Assembly (NCBI GenBank): GCA_016207865.1
Contig: JACQZD010000052.1
Span: forward strand, 1 to 34,903
Direction: 5' to 3'
DNA: 34,903 nt
Origin: Nitrospirota bacterium
GTDB taxonomy: Bacteria; Nitrospirota; Thermodesulfovibrionia; UBA6902; DSMQ01
Below, piece after piece: positions 1-9,045 of the stretch. Numbering within the stretch: the stretch's first letter is position 1; the number at the start of each line of letters is the position of its first letter. A model generated the notes under the pieces. The model saw only the letters and a list, made by a program, of their open reading frames with translations, was not told where the DNA came from and ran no database searches. Both the position numbers and the translations under genes were made by a program.

Positions 1-92
1 CCAAACATCGGGCACAGACAAGCCGGAAATGTCGCTTTACTTACGATTTCATTAGTAAATGTCAAAAACAGAAAAAATATAGGAGTAATAGA

Positions 93-1220
93 ATGAGAGA
101 TAAAATCTTTTTCACTATTCACTGTTCACTATTCGCCATGTTCTGTCTGCTGTCTCTGCCGTCATGTTCAAAAGACGCGTCAAAACAGGCAATGATGAAA
201 CCTGTTGCGCCGGTTACCGTGGCCCCCGTAATACAAAAAACAGTGCCTATTCAGCTCCGCGTAATCGGAACTGTTGAGGCCTATTCCACTGTTTCAGTAA
301 AGGCGCGCGTAAGCGGAGAACTATTGAGTGTAAATTTTAAAGAAGGGCAGGATGTGAAAAAAGGGGATTTGCTTTTTGCCATAGACCCCGGGCCTTATGA
401 AACTGCGCTTGCAGCTGCAAATGCCAACCTGGCAAAAAATTCAGCGCTGGCTCAAAAAGCCGCGGACGATTTTATCCGTTATACCGGACTGTTTAAGGAC
501 CAGCTTGTCAGCAGGGAGGATTACGAGCGTGTGAAGGCCAATGCAGAGGCCCTTAAGTCTGCTGCTGATGCAGACAGGGCTGCCGTTGATAACGCAAAAC
601 TGCAGTTAAGCTACTGCTTCATATCTTCCCCTGTCACAGGCCGCACAGGCAGCCTTTTGGCAGACCCGGGCAGTATTATCAAGGCAAATGACGACAAGCC
701 GATGGTGGTCATTAACCAGATTCAGCCTGTCTTTGCAGGCTTCTCTGTTCCTGAACAAAACCTCCCTGAAATTAGAAAACGCATGGCCTCCGGGAAATTA
801 AAGGTTGAGGCCTTCCTGTCTAATGAGGACAAAAATCCCGCAGTGGGGACTCTTAACTTTATAGATAATACAGTGGATGCCTCAACAGGAACAATCAAAC
901 TAAAGGCTATCTTTCCCAATAAGGAAAAACGTCTTTGGCCCGGACAATTTGTAAATGCAGTCCTGACGCTTGATATCCGGCATGATGCTATTGTGGCGCC
1001 TTCACGGGCAGTTCAGACCGGACAGCAGGGACCGTTCGTGTTTGTAGTAAAGGAAGATTCCGCAGAGCTTCGTCCGGTTAACACCGGCGTCACATACGAG
1101 GATATGACAGTAATTGAAAAAGGTCTGGTGATGGGAGAGCAGGTAGTAACAGACGGCCAGATGCGTCTTATGCCCGGTGCAAAGGTGGAGATTAAAAACA
1201 TTTCAGAAGGTAGTAAATAG
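93..1220 (+). CDS. RND efflux periplasmic adaptor (membrane fusion protein, AcrA/MexA family), lipoprotein
   Basis: 375-aa ORF with AGGAG a few nt upstream of the ATG. The N-terminus has a lipobox-like LLSLPSC. Motifs GDLLFAIDP, coiled-coil hairpin, SPVTGRTG and a C-terminal beta-barrel are typical of the family. Sits directly upstream of an RND pump gene. Confidence 0.85.
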   Translation: MRDKIFFTIHCSLFAMFCLLSLPSCSKDASKQAMMKPVAPVTVAPVIQKTVPIQLRVIGTVEAYSTVSVKARVSGELLSVNFKEGQDVKKGDLLFAIDPGPYETALAAANANLAKNSALAQKAADDFIRYTGLFKDQLVSREDYERVKANAEALKSAADADRAAVDNAKLQLSYCFISSPVTGRTGSLLADPGSIIKANDDKPMVVINQIQPVFAGFSVPEQNLPEIRKRMASGKLKVEAFLSNEDKNPAVGTLNFIDNTVDASTGTIKLKAIFPNKEKRLWPGQFVNAVLTLDIRHDAIVAPSRAVQTGQQGPFVFVVKEDSAELRPVNTGVTYEDMTVIEKGLVMGEQVVTDGQMRLMPGAKVEIKNISEGSK

Positions 1221-1252
1221 TGTCTGTCCGTAAATTACGATTTTTTATTTTT

Positions 1253-1326
1253 GTCATGCCCGAAGTCTGTAATCGGGCATCCGGAAATTATTAAAAAGAC
1301 TGGATTCCCGTTTTCACGGGAATGAC
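1253..1326. repeat. REP doublet (GTCAT...ATCC hairpin + inverted CTGGATTCC...GGAATGAC hairpin)
   Basis: gtcatgcccgaagtctgtaatcgggcatccgg at 1253-1284 and ctggattcccgttttcacgggaatgac at 1300-1326. The latter is identical to 7752-7778. Confidence 0.8.
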
Positions 1327-1358
1327 GACTTTTGCAAGAGTCTCAAAGATAAATAATA

Positions 1359-4234
1359 ATGAACATTTCCGATATATTTATAAAGCGCCCGATTATGACC
1401 AGTCTGGTCATGCTCGCCATCATGATATTCGGCGTCTTTGCTTATAGAATTCTGCCGGTCAATGACCTGCCGAATATTGATTTTCCGACGATTCAGGTAA
1501 CAGCCAATCTGCCCGGCGCCAGCCCTGAGACAATGGCCAGCGCCGTGGCAACTCCGCTTGAGCGCCAGTTTTCAACTATTGCAGGCGTTGATTCCATGAC
1601 CTCTACCAACGGACAAGGGGTGTCAATTATAACTCTGAAGTTTGCCCTTGAACGCGACATTGACGCCGCTGCACAGGATGTTCAGGCCGCTATCTCCAAA
1701 GCAGCCCGCCAATTGCCTCAGGACATGCCGAGTCCTCCTTCGTACCAGAAGGTCAATCCCGCCGACCAGCCTGTTCTGTATCTCGCTCTGAGTTCTCCAA
1801 TAATGCCTCTTTCTCAGGTAAATGAGTATGCTGACACCATTATTTCGCCGCGCATCTCTATGATCAAAGGAGTAGCTCAGGTGCAGGTCTATGGTTCACA
1901 GAAATATGCAGTGCGGGTACAGCTTAATCCGCAGATGCTGGCAAACCGCAAGATCGGCATAGATGAGATTGCCTCAGCGCTGTCGCAATGGAACGTAAAC
2001 CTGCCCACCGGAGGACTTCAGGGAAAACAGCAGGCATTTACCATCCAGGCAAGCGGCCAGCTTTATAATGCTGAGGCCTTCAAGCCGATGATAGTGGCTT
2101 ACCGGAACGGCTCGCCGGTGCGTCTTCAGGACATCGCAACTGTGACGGACAGCGTGGAAAATGACAAGATTGCCGCCTGGTACAATACCGGAGGCAAATC
2201 CACAAGGGCTATTGTCCTTGCAATCCAGCGCCAGCCCGGCACTAACACCATTGAAGTGGTAGACAGCATCAAAAAACAGATTCCCGACTTTCGCCGCCAG
2301 ATTCCTGCAACTGTTCAGTTAAACACCCTCTTTGACCGCTCGGAGTCCATCAGAGACTCGGTTAAAGATATTAAGTTCACCTTACTGCTCACTATTGCCC
2401 TTGTTATCCTCGTAATCTTTCTGTTCCTGAGAAACCTGTCGGCTACGGTAATCCCGAGCCTTGCATTGCCTCTTTCAATAATCGGGACGTTTGCGGCAAT
2501 GTATGTCCTCGGTTTTTCAGTCAATAATATCACCCTGATGGCGCTCACACTTTCAGTAGGCTGTGTCGTGGATGACGCCATTGTCATGCTTGAAAACATT
2601 GTCCGCCACATGGAGCGCGGTGAAAAACCAATGGATGCGGCCTTCACAGGCTCAAGGGAAATAGGATTCACCATCATCTCCATGACTTCATCGCTGATAG
2701 CGGTTTTCATCCCGGTCCTTTTCATGGCAGGAATGTTAGGCCGAATGCTTCACGAGTTTGCCGTAACCATCACATTCGCAATACTTATATCCGGGGTTGT
2801 TTCTCTGACACTGACCCCCATGCTTTCAAGCCGCTTTCTAAAGGCCTCCGGCAAAGAACAGCACGGACGGCTTTACAACTTCATAGAAAGATTTTTTGAC
2901 GGCCTGCGCAGTCTCTATGAACTTACCCTTAAGCAGGTGTTCCGCTTCCGCCGTACAACCATTACAGTAACTATTGTCATGACAGCGGCCACTGCCTGGC
3001 TTTTTGCCGTAATGCCTACGGGACTTCTGCCGCCGGACGATATCGGCGGCATCTTTGCCTTCACCGAGGGAGCGCAGGGGGCCTCCTTTGAAGAAATGAA
3101 AAAACACCAGCAAAAACTCGTGGAGATTGTATTTCAGGAGCCCAATGTTGAAGCCTTTATGTCAGCCGTAGGCGCAGGAGGCGCAAGGGCGGCATCAAAC
3201 GGCGGCTTTATGTTCATTAAGCTTAAACCGCGCCATGAGCGCAAACTGAATGCCGACCAGATAATAGAGCGTCTCAGGCCAAAAGTAATGGACGTCCCCG
3301 GCATTTTAATGTTTATGCAGAACCCGCCTCCTATACGTCTGGAGGCAACCCTCTCAAAAGCACAGTATCAGTTTGTCCTTCAGAGTCCGGATACAAACGA
3401 CCTGTACGCCAACGCCTCTGCCTTTGAAATGAATCTGCGCAAACTTCCCATGCTGCAGGACGTAACAAGCGACCTGCAGATTAAAAACCCGCAGGTCCAT
3501 CTGGACCTGGACCGCGATAGAGCGGCTGCCTTCGGCATAACTGCAAAACAGATTGAGGACTCCCTGTATTCAGCATACGGGTCCCGTCAGGTCTCAACCA
3601 TATATTCTCCTGCGAACCAATATAAAGTAGTCCTGGAGCTTGAACCGCAGTACCAGATGGATCCGTCAGCGCTCGGCCTGCTGTATGTGCGCTCAAATAC
3701 AGGACAGCTTGTTCCGCTCTCTTCGCTGACTGTGATGAACAAGGGGCTGGGACTGCTGTCTGTAAACCACCTGGGGCAGATTACTGCTGTCACAATCTCC
3801 TTCAACCTCAAGCCTGGCACTCCGCTCGGTAATGCTGTAACCGCTGTTGAGAAGGAGGCAAAAAACCTGCCTGCCTCCATAACCTCGGGGTTCCAGGGTA
3901 CGGCACAGGTCTATCAGGCTTCAACCAAGGGCTTGGCTGTTCTCCTCATCCTTGCAATCGTCGTGATATATATTGTGTTAGGTATCATGTACGAAAGTTA
4001 CATCCATCAATCATGATGACCACAATGGCGGCGCTGATGGGCACATTGCCTATCGCAATCGGATTCGGTTCAGGCGCGGATTCACGCCGTTCTTTAGGTC
4101 TTGCAGTAGTTGGAGGGCTGGTTGTTTCACAGCTTCTGACTCTGTACATAACTCCGGTGGTTTATTACTACATGGACCAGTTTCAGGAAAAGGCGGGCAA
4201 TATGTTTAAGGGTAAGGCCGAAAGAAATCTATAA
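1359..4234 (+). pseudogene. RND (AcrB/MexB-like, HAE1) inner-membrane efflux permease, disrupted by an internal deletion plus frame change at about 4005-4016
   Basis: ORF 1359-4016 (885 aa) is a full RND N-terminal and central region ending ...LGIMYESYIHQS*. ORF 4013-4234, in another frame, reads MMTTMAALMGTLPIAIGFGSGADSRRSLGLAVVGGLVVSQLLTLYITPV, the TM11-TM12 end of the family. The two ORFs sum to 958 aa against roughly 1030-1050 aa for typical family members. The segment between YES(Y/W)IHP and RPIMMT is missing. Confidence 0.8.
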
Positions 4235-4283
4235 TGCAAACGCAATTAGAGTCTGTTTATAAATTACTGTATTACAATAAGCT

Positions 4284-4405
4284 GTCATTGTCCGGCTTGA
4301 CCGGACAATCCAGTACCTTTTTTATTCCGGTTTCCTGTTTTTGCAGGGACGGCGCCTGCATGCCGGCAGGCAGGTCTGGATGCCCCGATTAAATCGGAGC
4401 ATGAC
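4284..4405. repeat. REP doublet
   Basis: gtcattgtccggcttgaccggacaatccag at 4284-4313 and the inverted ctggatgccccgattaaatcggagcatgac at 4376-4405. The spacer contains a GCCTGC/GCAGGC hairpin. Confidence 0.8.
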
Positions 4406-4424
4406 AAAAAGTGCGGGGTACGTT

Positions 4425-5588
4425 ATGAAAAAAATCTTAATCAGCATCGTGATTTTATCAGCTTTAGGAATTGCCGCTTTCATCCTGCTTAAAGACAACG
4501 GCAAAGAACCGGAATTCAGGACTGAAAAAATCATTAGGGGCGAAATAGTAGAGGTAGTTACTGCTTCGGGTACTGTGAATCCGGTGACCTCAGTGCTTGT
4601 GGGGACACAGGTGTCAGGGACCGTGAAAAACATTTATGCGGACTTCAACTCACCCGTAAAAAAAGGACAGTTGATAGCGCAGATAGATCCTGCTTTATTT
4701 GAGGCGCAGGAGGAGCAGGCAAGGGCAACTCTGCTCTCAGCAAAGGCTAATCTGGAAAAATCCGGCGCTGTGCTTCTTGACGCAAAAAGGGTGATGGAAA
4801 GAAACAACAGTCTCTTTTCAGAGAACTTAATCTCAAGAAATGACCTTGATACATCTCTGACAAATTATGAAACGGCAAAGGCAGAGGTAAGCGCGTCAAA
4901 GGCGCAGGCAGCGCAGGCAGAAGCGTCGTTAAAAATCGCAGGGACCAATCTCAGATACACAAAGATACTTTCACCTGTGGATGGAATTGTTGTTTCAAGA
5001 AATGTGGATGTCGGGCAGACGGTTGCGGCGAGTTTTCAGACCCCTACCCTCTTCACTATTGCACAGGACCTCACAAAAATGCAGATAGACACAAATGTGG
5101 ATGAGGCTGATATCGGCAGGGTAAAAGCCGGGCAGGATGTTGAATTTAATGTTGACGCCTATCCGGACGTCATTTTCAAAGGCAGAGTGTCACAGGTAAG
5201 AAATGCTCCGGTAACAATACAAAATGTGGTTACTTATGATGTAGTCATTAAGGTAGACAACCCTGAATTTAAACTAAAGCCGGGTATGACTGCAAATGTT
5301 TCAATAATCTTGTTTGTAAAAAAAGATATTTTAAAAGTTCCGAATGCGGCCTTAAGATTCAGCCCGTTAGATAAAAACAAAACCAATGCGCGTCAAAAAG
5401 ACAAAGGCGTATGGGTAATTGAAAACAATAAACCAAAACGCATATCTGTATCCGCAGGCGTCAGCGACGGCAATTACAGCGAACTTGCCGCCGGAGAGAT
5501 AAAAGAAGGGCAGGAGGTAATTGTAGAATCTCAGGATAAAACAAAGGGGCCGGCTGCGCCGGCTGCTCACAGCCCGAGGATGTTCTAA
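4425..5588 (+). CDS. MacA-like / HlyD-family efflux periplasmic adaptor
   Basis: The start was trimmed to the ATG at 4425 (MKKILISIVILSALG, a membrane anchor) because the upstream part of ORF 4341 is translated repeat sequence. Family motifs seen: GTVNPV, VGTQVSG, GQLIAQIDP, a long coiled coil, ILSPVDGIV. The stop lies 1 nt before the ABC ATPase gene. Confidence 0.8.
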   Translation: MKKILISIVILSALGIAAFILLKDNGKEPEFRTEKIIRGEIVEVVTASGTVNPVTSVLVGTQVSGTVKNIYADFNSPVKKGQLIAQIDPALFEAQEEQARATLLSAKANLEKSGAVLLDAKRVMERNNSLFSENLISRNDLDTSLTNYETAKAEVSASKAQAAQAEASLKIAGTNLRYTKILSPVDGIVVSRNVDVGQTVAASFQTPTLFTIAQDLTKMQIDTNVDEADIGRVKAGQDVEFNVDAYPDVIFKGRVSQVRNAPVTIQNVVTYDVVIKVDNPEFKLKPGMTANVSIILFVKKDILKVPNAALRFSPLDKNKTNARQKDKGVWVIENNKPKRISVSAGVSDGNYSELAAGEIKEGQEVIVESQDKTKGPAAPAAHSPRMF

Positions 5589-5589
5589 A

Positions 5590-6324
5590 ATGCCGCCGCT
5601 TATTGAGGCAAAGGAAATTACAAAGATTTACAGGTTTGGAAATATTGAAGCCCCTGCGCTGTGCGGTGTGTCTTTAAAAATAGAAGAAGGAGAATTCGTC
5701 TCAATCATGGGTCCGTCGGGGTCAGGCAAATCAACCTTTATGAATATTCTGGGATGTCTTGATAAGCCGACAGCCGGACAATACCTTTTAGAAAATATAA
5801 ATATAGGCAATTTGAACAGGGATGAGCGCGCAGGCCTCAGGAACAAAAAAATCGGCTTTGTCTTTCAGGGATTTAACCTGCTTTCAAGGACCTCGGCGCT
5901 TGAAAATGTTGAACTCCCCCTGCTCTATAACGGTTTATCCTCAACGGAAAAAAGAGACAGGGCCAAGGCAGCGCTTACAAGCGTAGGACTTGGGGGCAAA
6001 GAGGAATCTCACCCCAATCAGCTTTCCGGCGGGCAGCAGCAGAGGGTTGCCATAGCAAGGGCGCTTGTGAATGACGCCCCGATAATTCTTGCAGACGAAC
6101 CCACAGGCAATCTTGAAACAAAAACAAGCGCTGAAATAATGAAACTTTTCGTAAAGCTCAACACAGAATCAAACATTACAATAATTCTCGTGACCCATGA
6201 AACCGACATAGCCGCGTACAGCAGGCGGACAATTAAATTCCTGGACGGCGAAATTGTGAGTGATGAAAAAAAGAAAAATAGATTCTCAGCCACAGATTAC
6301 ACAGATTTGCACGGATTTCTTTAA
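5590..6324 (+). CDS. ABC transporter ATP-binding protein (MacB/LolD-type)
   Basis: Walker [10 protein letters not shown], signature [15 protein letters not shown], Walker [13 protein letters not shown]-loop VTHE. The last 11 or so codons ([12 protein letters not shown]) are read from the left arm of an inverted repeat. Confidence 0.9.
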   Translation: MPPLIEAKEITKIYRFGNIEAPALCGVSLKIEEGEFVSIMGPSGSGKSTFMNILGCLDKPTAGQYLLENINIGNLNRDERAGLRNKKIGFVFQGFNLLSRTSALENVELPLLYNGLSSTEKRDRAKAALTSVGLGGKEESHPNQLSGGQQQRVAIARALVNDAPIILADEPTGNLETKTSAEIMKLFVKLNTESNITIILVTHETDIAAYSRRTIKFLDGEIVSDEKKKNRFSATDYTDLHGFL

Positions 6325-6362
6325 AGTCTTTTTTAATCTGTGATAATCTGCGAAATCTGTGG
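6290..6362. repeat. inverted repeat built from three CACAGATT-like units per arm, spanning the ABC ATPase stop codon
   Basis: Left arm ccacagattacacagatttgcacggattt (6290-6318). Right arm aatctgtgataatctgcgaaatctgtgg (6335-6362). The stop TAA at 6322-6324 lies in the loop. Confidence 0.8.
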
Positions 6363-6380
6363 TTAAAATTTTACAGACAG

Positions 6381-7610
6381 ATGATTAACATAACTTCCAC
6401 ATTAAAAATATCCTTCAGGGCGTTAAGGGTGAACAAGATGCGCTCGGCCCTTACAATGCTCGGCGTTATTATCGGGGTAGGCGCAGTGATTGCGATGCTT
6501 GCCGTCGGCACAGGCGCAAGCAGGCAGATAGAGGCGCAGATTTCAAGCATGGGCAGCAACCTCATAATGGTCGTTCCGGGAGCAACCTCGGCAGGCGGCG
6601 TCAGAATGGGGTCCGGAACTCAATCCACCCTTACAATAGGAGATGCTGAAGCCATTTTAAAGGATTGTCCTGCGGTATCAGATATCGCTCCGGTAGTAAG
6701 CGGTGTTGCGCAGGTTGTTTACGGCAATCAAAACTGGTCCACGGGCGTGACAGGGACCACGCCCAGCATGCTGAATGTAAGGGATTGGGTTTTGTCTGCG
6801 GGAAGGCCTTTTACAGAGCAGGACGTTAAGAGCGCCACAAAGGTGTGTTTACTGGGACAGACTGTTGTTGATAACCTTTTTGGCGGCATTAACCCCATCG
6901 GGCAAATGGTCAGGATTAAGAAAATTCCGTTTACGGTAATCGGCATACTGAAAAGTAAAGGGCAGTCGGCTTTAGGACAGGATCAGGATGATACCGTATA
7001 TGTTCCGGTTACAACCGCTCAGAAAAAACTCTTCGGCGCCGCAAGACCGCGCATGATAAGGTTAATCATGGTCCAGGCAAAAAGCACTGAAGACCTTCAG
7101 TCTGCGGAAGGACAGATAACAGAGCTGCTCAGGCAGAGACACCGTATCGGACCGAAAGAGGAGAATGATTTCACAGTCAGAAACCTCACGCAGATGATGC
7201 AGGCGGCAGAGCAGTCCACAAAGGTCATGACCATACTGCTCGGCGCAATAGCATCAGTATCACTGCTTGTCGGAGGAATCGGGATTATGAACATAATGCT
7301 CGTGTCGGTTACTGAAAGGACCAGAGAGATTGGTATAAGAATGGCCGTAGGCGCAAGGACCTGGGATATAAGGCTTCAATTCATTGTGGAGGCGCTTACA
7401 TTGTCATTCACCGGGGGCGTCATCGGCATAATTGCAGGAATAACAACTGCCAGAATTTTATCAACACTTGCAGAATGGACTGTATTGGTGACCCCTGCTT
7501 CAATACTGCTGGCCTTCGGATTTTCAGGACTGGTCGGAATATTCTTCGGATTTTATCCGGCCTACAAGGCTTCACTCCTGGACCCGATAGATGCGCTGAG
7601 ACACGAGTGA
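6381..7610 (+). CDS. ABC transporter permease, MacB-like (FtsX fold with periplasmic domain)
   Basis: 409 aa. It has an N-terminal TM, a large periplasmic domain, and a C-terminal FtsX-type 3-TM bundle (ERTREIGIRMAVGAR, ...YPAYKASLLDPIDALRHE). Confidence 0.9.
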   Translation: MINITSTLKISFRALRVNKMRSALTMLGVIIGVGAVIAMLAVGTGASRQIEAQISSMGSNLIMVVPGATSAGGVRMGSGTQSTLTIGDAEAILKDCPAVSDIAPVVSGVAQVVYGNQNWSTGVTGTTPSMLNVRDWVLSAGRPFTEQDVKSATKVCLLGQTVVDNLFGGINPIGQMVRIKKIPFTVIGILKSKGQSALGQDQDDTVYVPVTTAQKKLFGAARPRMIRLIMVQAKSTEDLQSAEGQITELLRQRHRIGPKEENDFTVRNLTQMMQAAEQSTKVMTILLGAIASVSLLVGGIGIMNIMLVSVTERTREIGIRMAVGARTWDIRLQFIVEALTLSFTGGVIGIIAGITTARILSTLAEWTVLVTPASILLAFGFSGLVGIFFGFYPAYKASLLDPIDALRHE

Positions 7611-7698
7611 AGTAGCCGCAGGCTTTAGCCTGCGTCAAAAGAGTTAAGAGTTAAAAGCAAAAAAGAGCTTGCCTGCCTCTGGCAGGTTGAGAGTTGCT

Positions 7699-7778
7699 GT
7701 CATTCCGTCCCGATGCATCGGGAATGCGGAATCCAGTCCTTTTCATTTTTTCTGGATTCCCGTTTTCACGGGAATGAC
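7699..7778. repeat. REP doublet
   Basis: gtcattccgtcccgatgcatcgggaatgcggaatccag at 7699-7736 and ctggattcccgttttcacgggaatgac at 7752-7778. Confidence 0.8.
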
Positions 7779-7830
7779 GGAACAAATCAAGGTTTCCCAA
7801 CCGCAGTAAACTGCGGGGTATCCTGAAATC

Positions 7831-7919
7831 TCCCCTCTCTTGACGGGAGGGGATGTAGGGGAGGGTGAAAATAATTATTAACCCCCTCACCCTACCCCTC
7901 TCCCGCAAGGGGAGAGGGA
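7831..7919. repeat. palindromic doublet of the CCCCTC...GGGGAG hairpin family
   Basis: tcccctctcttgacgggaggggatgtaggggagggtgaaaa followed by ttaaccccctcaccctacccctctcccgcaaggggagaggg. The two halves are approximate reverse complements. Confidence 0.75.
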
Positions 7920-7941
7920 ATAATTCATAAAAGAGGAGAAT

Positions 7942-9039
7942 ATGGAAGAGCAAACGACAACAACACCTGCAAATCACAGCAAGAAAAAAATAGCCGTCTT
8001 GGTTTTTACAGTCATTTTAATCATCGGCGCGGTTACAGGGTATTTTTATTCCCGGTACAAAAGCACCCACATCTCAACTGACGATGCGTTTGTTGAAGGC
8101 GATATACACACCATCGCATCAAAAGTGCCCGGCACGGTCAGGAATATTTATGTTAAATCCAACCAGCCTGTTAAAAAAGGCGCTGTCCTCCTGGAGTTAG
8201 ACCCTGCTGATTATGAAGTGAAGGTAAAAGAGGCCAGGTCCGCACTTAATGCTGAAAAGGCAAAATCAGCGGTGATTGCCGCAAAAATAGAATCATCACA
8301 AAAACAGATAGCAGAGTTAAATTCCCGGGCAAACGCGATAAAGGGGCTTCTGGCAGTACAGGAGGCAAATCTCCAGCAGGCAGAATCAGACATGAAAAGG
8401 GCAGAAGCCCTTTTCAAAGAAAACCTGATTCCCCATGAAAAATATGAAAAAGCAGCAACCAATTATAAGACCTCTTTTGCGATGGTGCAGGCGGCGGCAG
8501 AGGGACAGAAATATTCAACACTATCAGTTGAAACCCAGAAATCAGTCGTAAAACAGGCAGAAGCGGAAAAGACAGCCCTGCAGTCGGCTATAAAGCAGAA
8601 AGAAGCCTTGCTTGAAGCAACAGAGCTTAATCTCGGATACACAAAAATCTACGCGCCTGCAGACGGTTATGTCACAAAAAAATCTGTTGAATCGGGCAAT
8701 CAGATAAATGCCGGACAGCCTCTCATGGCAGTGGTCCCTCTTGATGAAGTGCATGTGATTGCAAACTTCAAAGAGACCCAGCTTGAGAAGATAAAGCCCG
8801 GGCAAACGGTTGAAATAAAGGTAGACACCTACCCCGGCAAAAAATTCACAGGCACAGTTGAAAGCATCATGGCCGGCACAGGAGCAGCGTTTTCTTTATT
8901 CCCCGCTGAAAACGCCACAGGCAACTTTGTCAAAGTAGTGCAGAGAATACCCGTAAAAATACTTATTGATAAAAACTCAGACCCCGAACATGTTTTACGA
9001 GTCGGGATGTCCGTCGTGCCGGTGGTATTGGTGGAGTAA
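7942..9039 (+). CDS. HlyD/EmrA-like membrane fusion protein of an MFS efflux pump
   Basis: AGAGGAG upstream of the ATG. One TM, motifs TDDAFVEGD, GAVLLELDP, a long coiled coil, YTKIYAPADGYVT, and a C-terminal beta-barrel. Followed 6 nt later by a DHA2 MFS gene. Confidence 0.85.
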   Translation: MEEQTTTTPANHSKKKIAVLVFTVILIIGAVTGYFYSRYKSTHISTDDAFVEGDIHTIASKVPGTVRNIYVKSNQPVKKGAVLLELDPADYEVKVKEARSALNAEKAKSAVIAAKIESSQKQIAELNSRANAIKGLLAVQEANLQQAESDMKRAEALFKENLIPHEKYEKAATNYKTSFAMVQAAAEGQKYSTLSVETQKSVVKQAEAEKTALQSAIKQKEALLEATELNLGYTKIYAPADGYVTKKSVESGNQINAGQPLMAVVPLDEVHVIANFKETQLEKIKPGQTVEIKVDTYPGKKFTGTVESIMAGTGAAFSLFPAENATGNFVKVVQRIPVKILIDKNSDPEHVLRVGMSVVPVVLVE

Positions 9040-9045
9040 TACCCT

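Noticed and set aside
35-60. Possible TetR-type operator (TTTACT-N12-AGTAAA) upstream of the RND adaptor gene.
   Set aside because: It has only 6-bp arms in AT-rich sequence, and no regulator gene is visible in the window. This is too weak to call.
7651-7977. 108-aa minus-strand ORF in the permease-emrA gap.
   Set aside because: It is composed almost entirely of translated REP hairpins and the CCCCTC/GGGGAG palindrome (…SRENGNPEKMKRTGFRIPDASGRND…, …PLPLRERGRVRG…). It is a repeat artefact.
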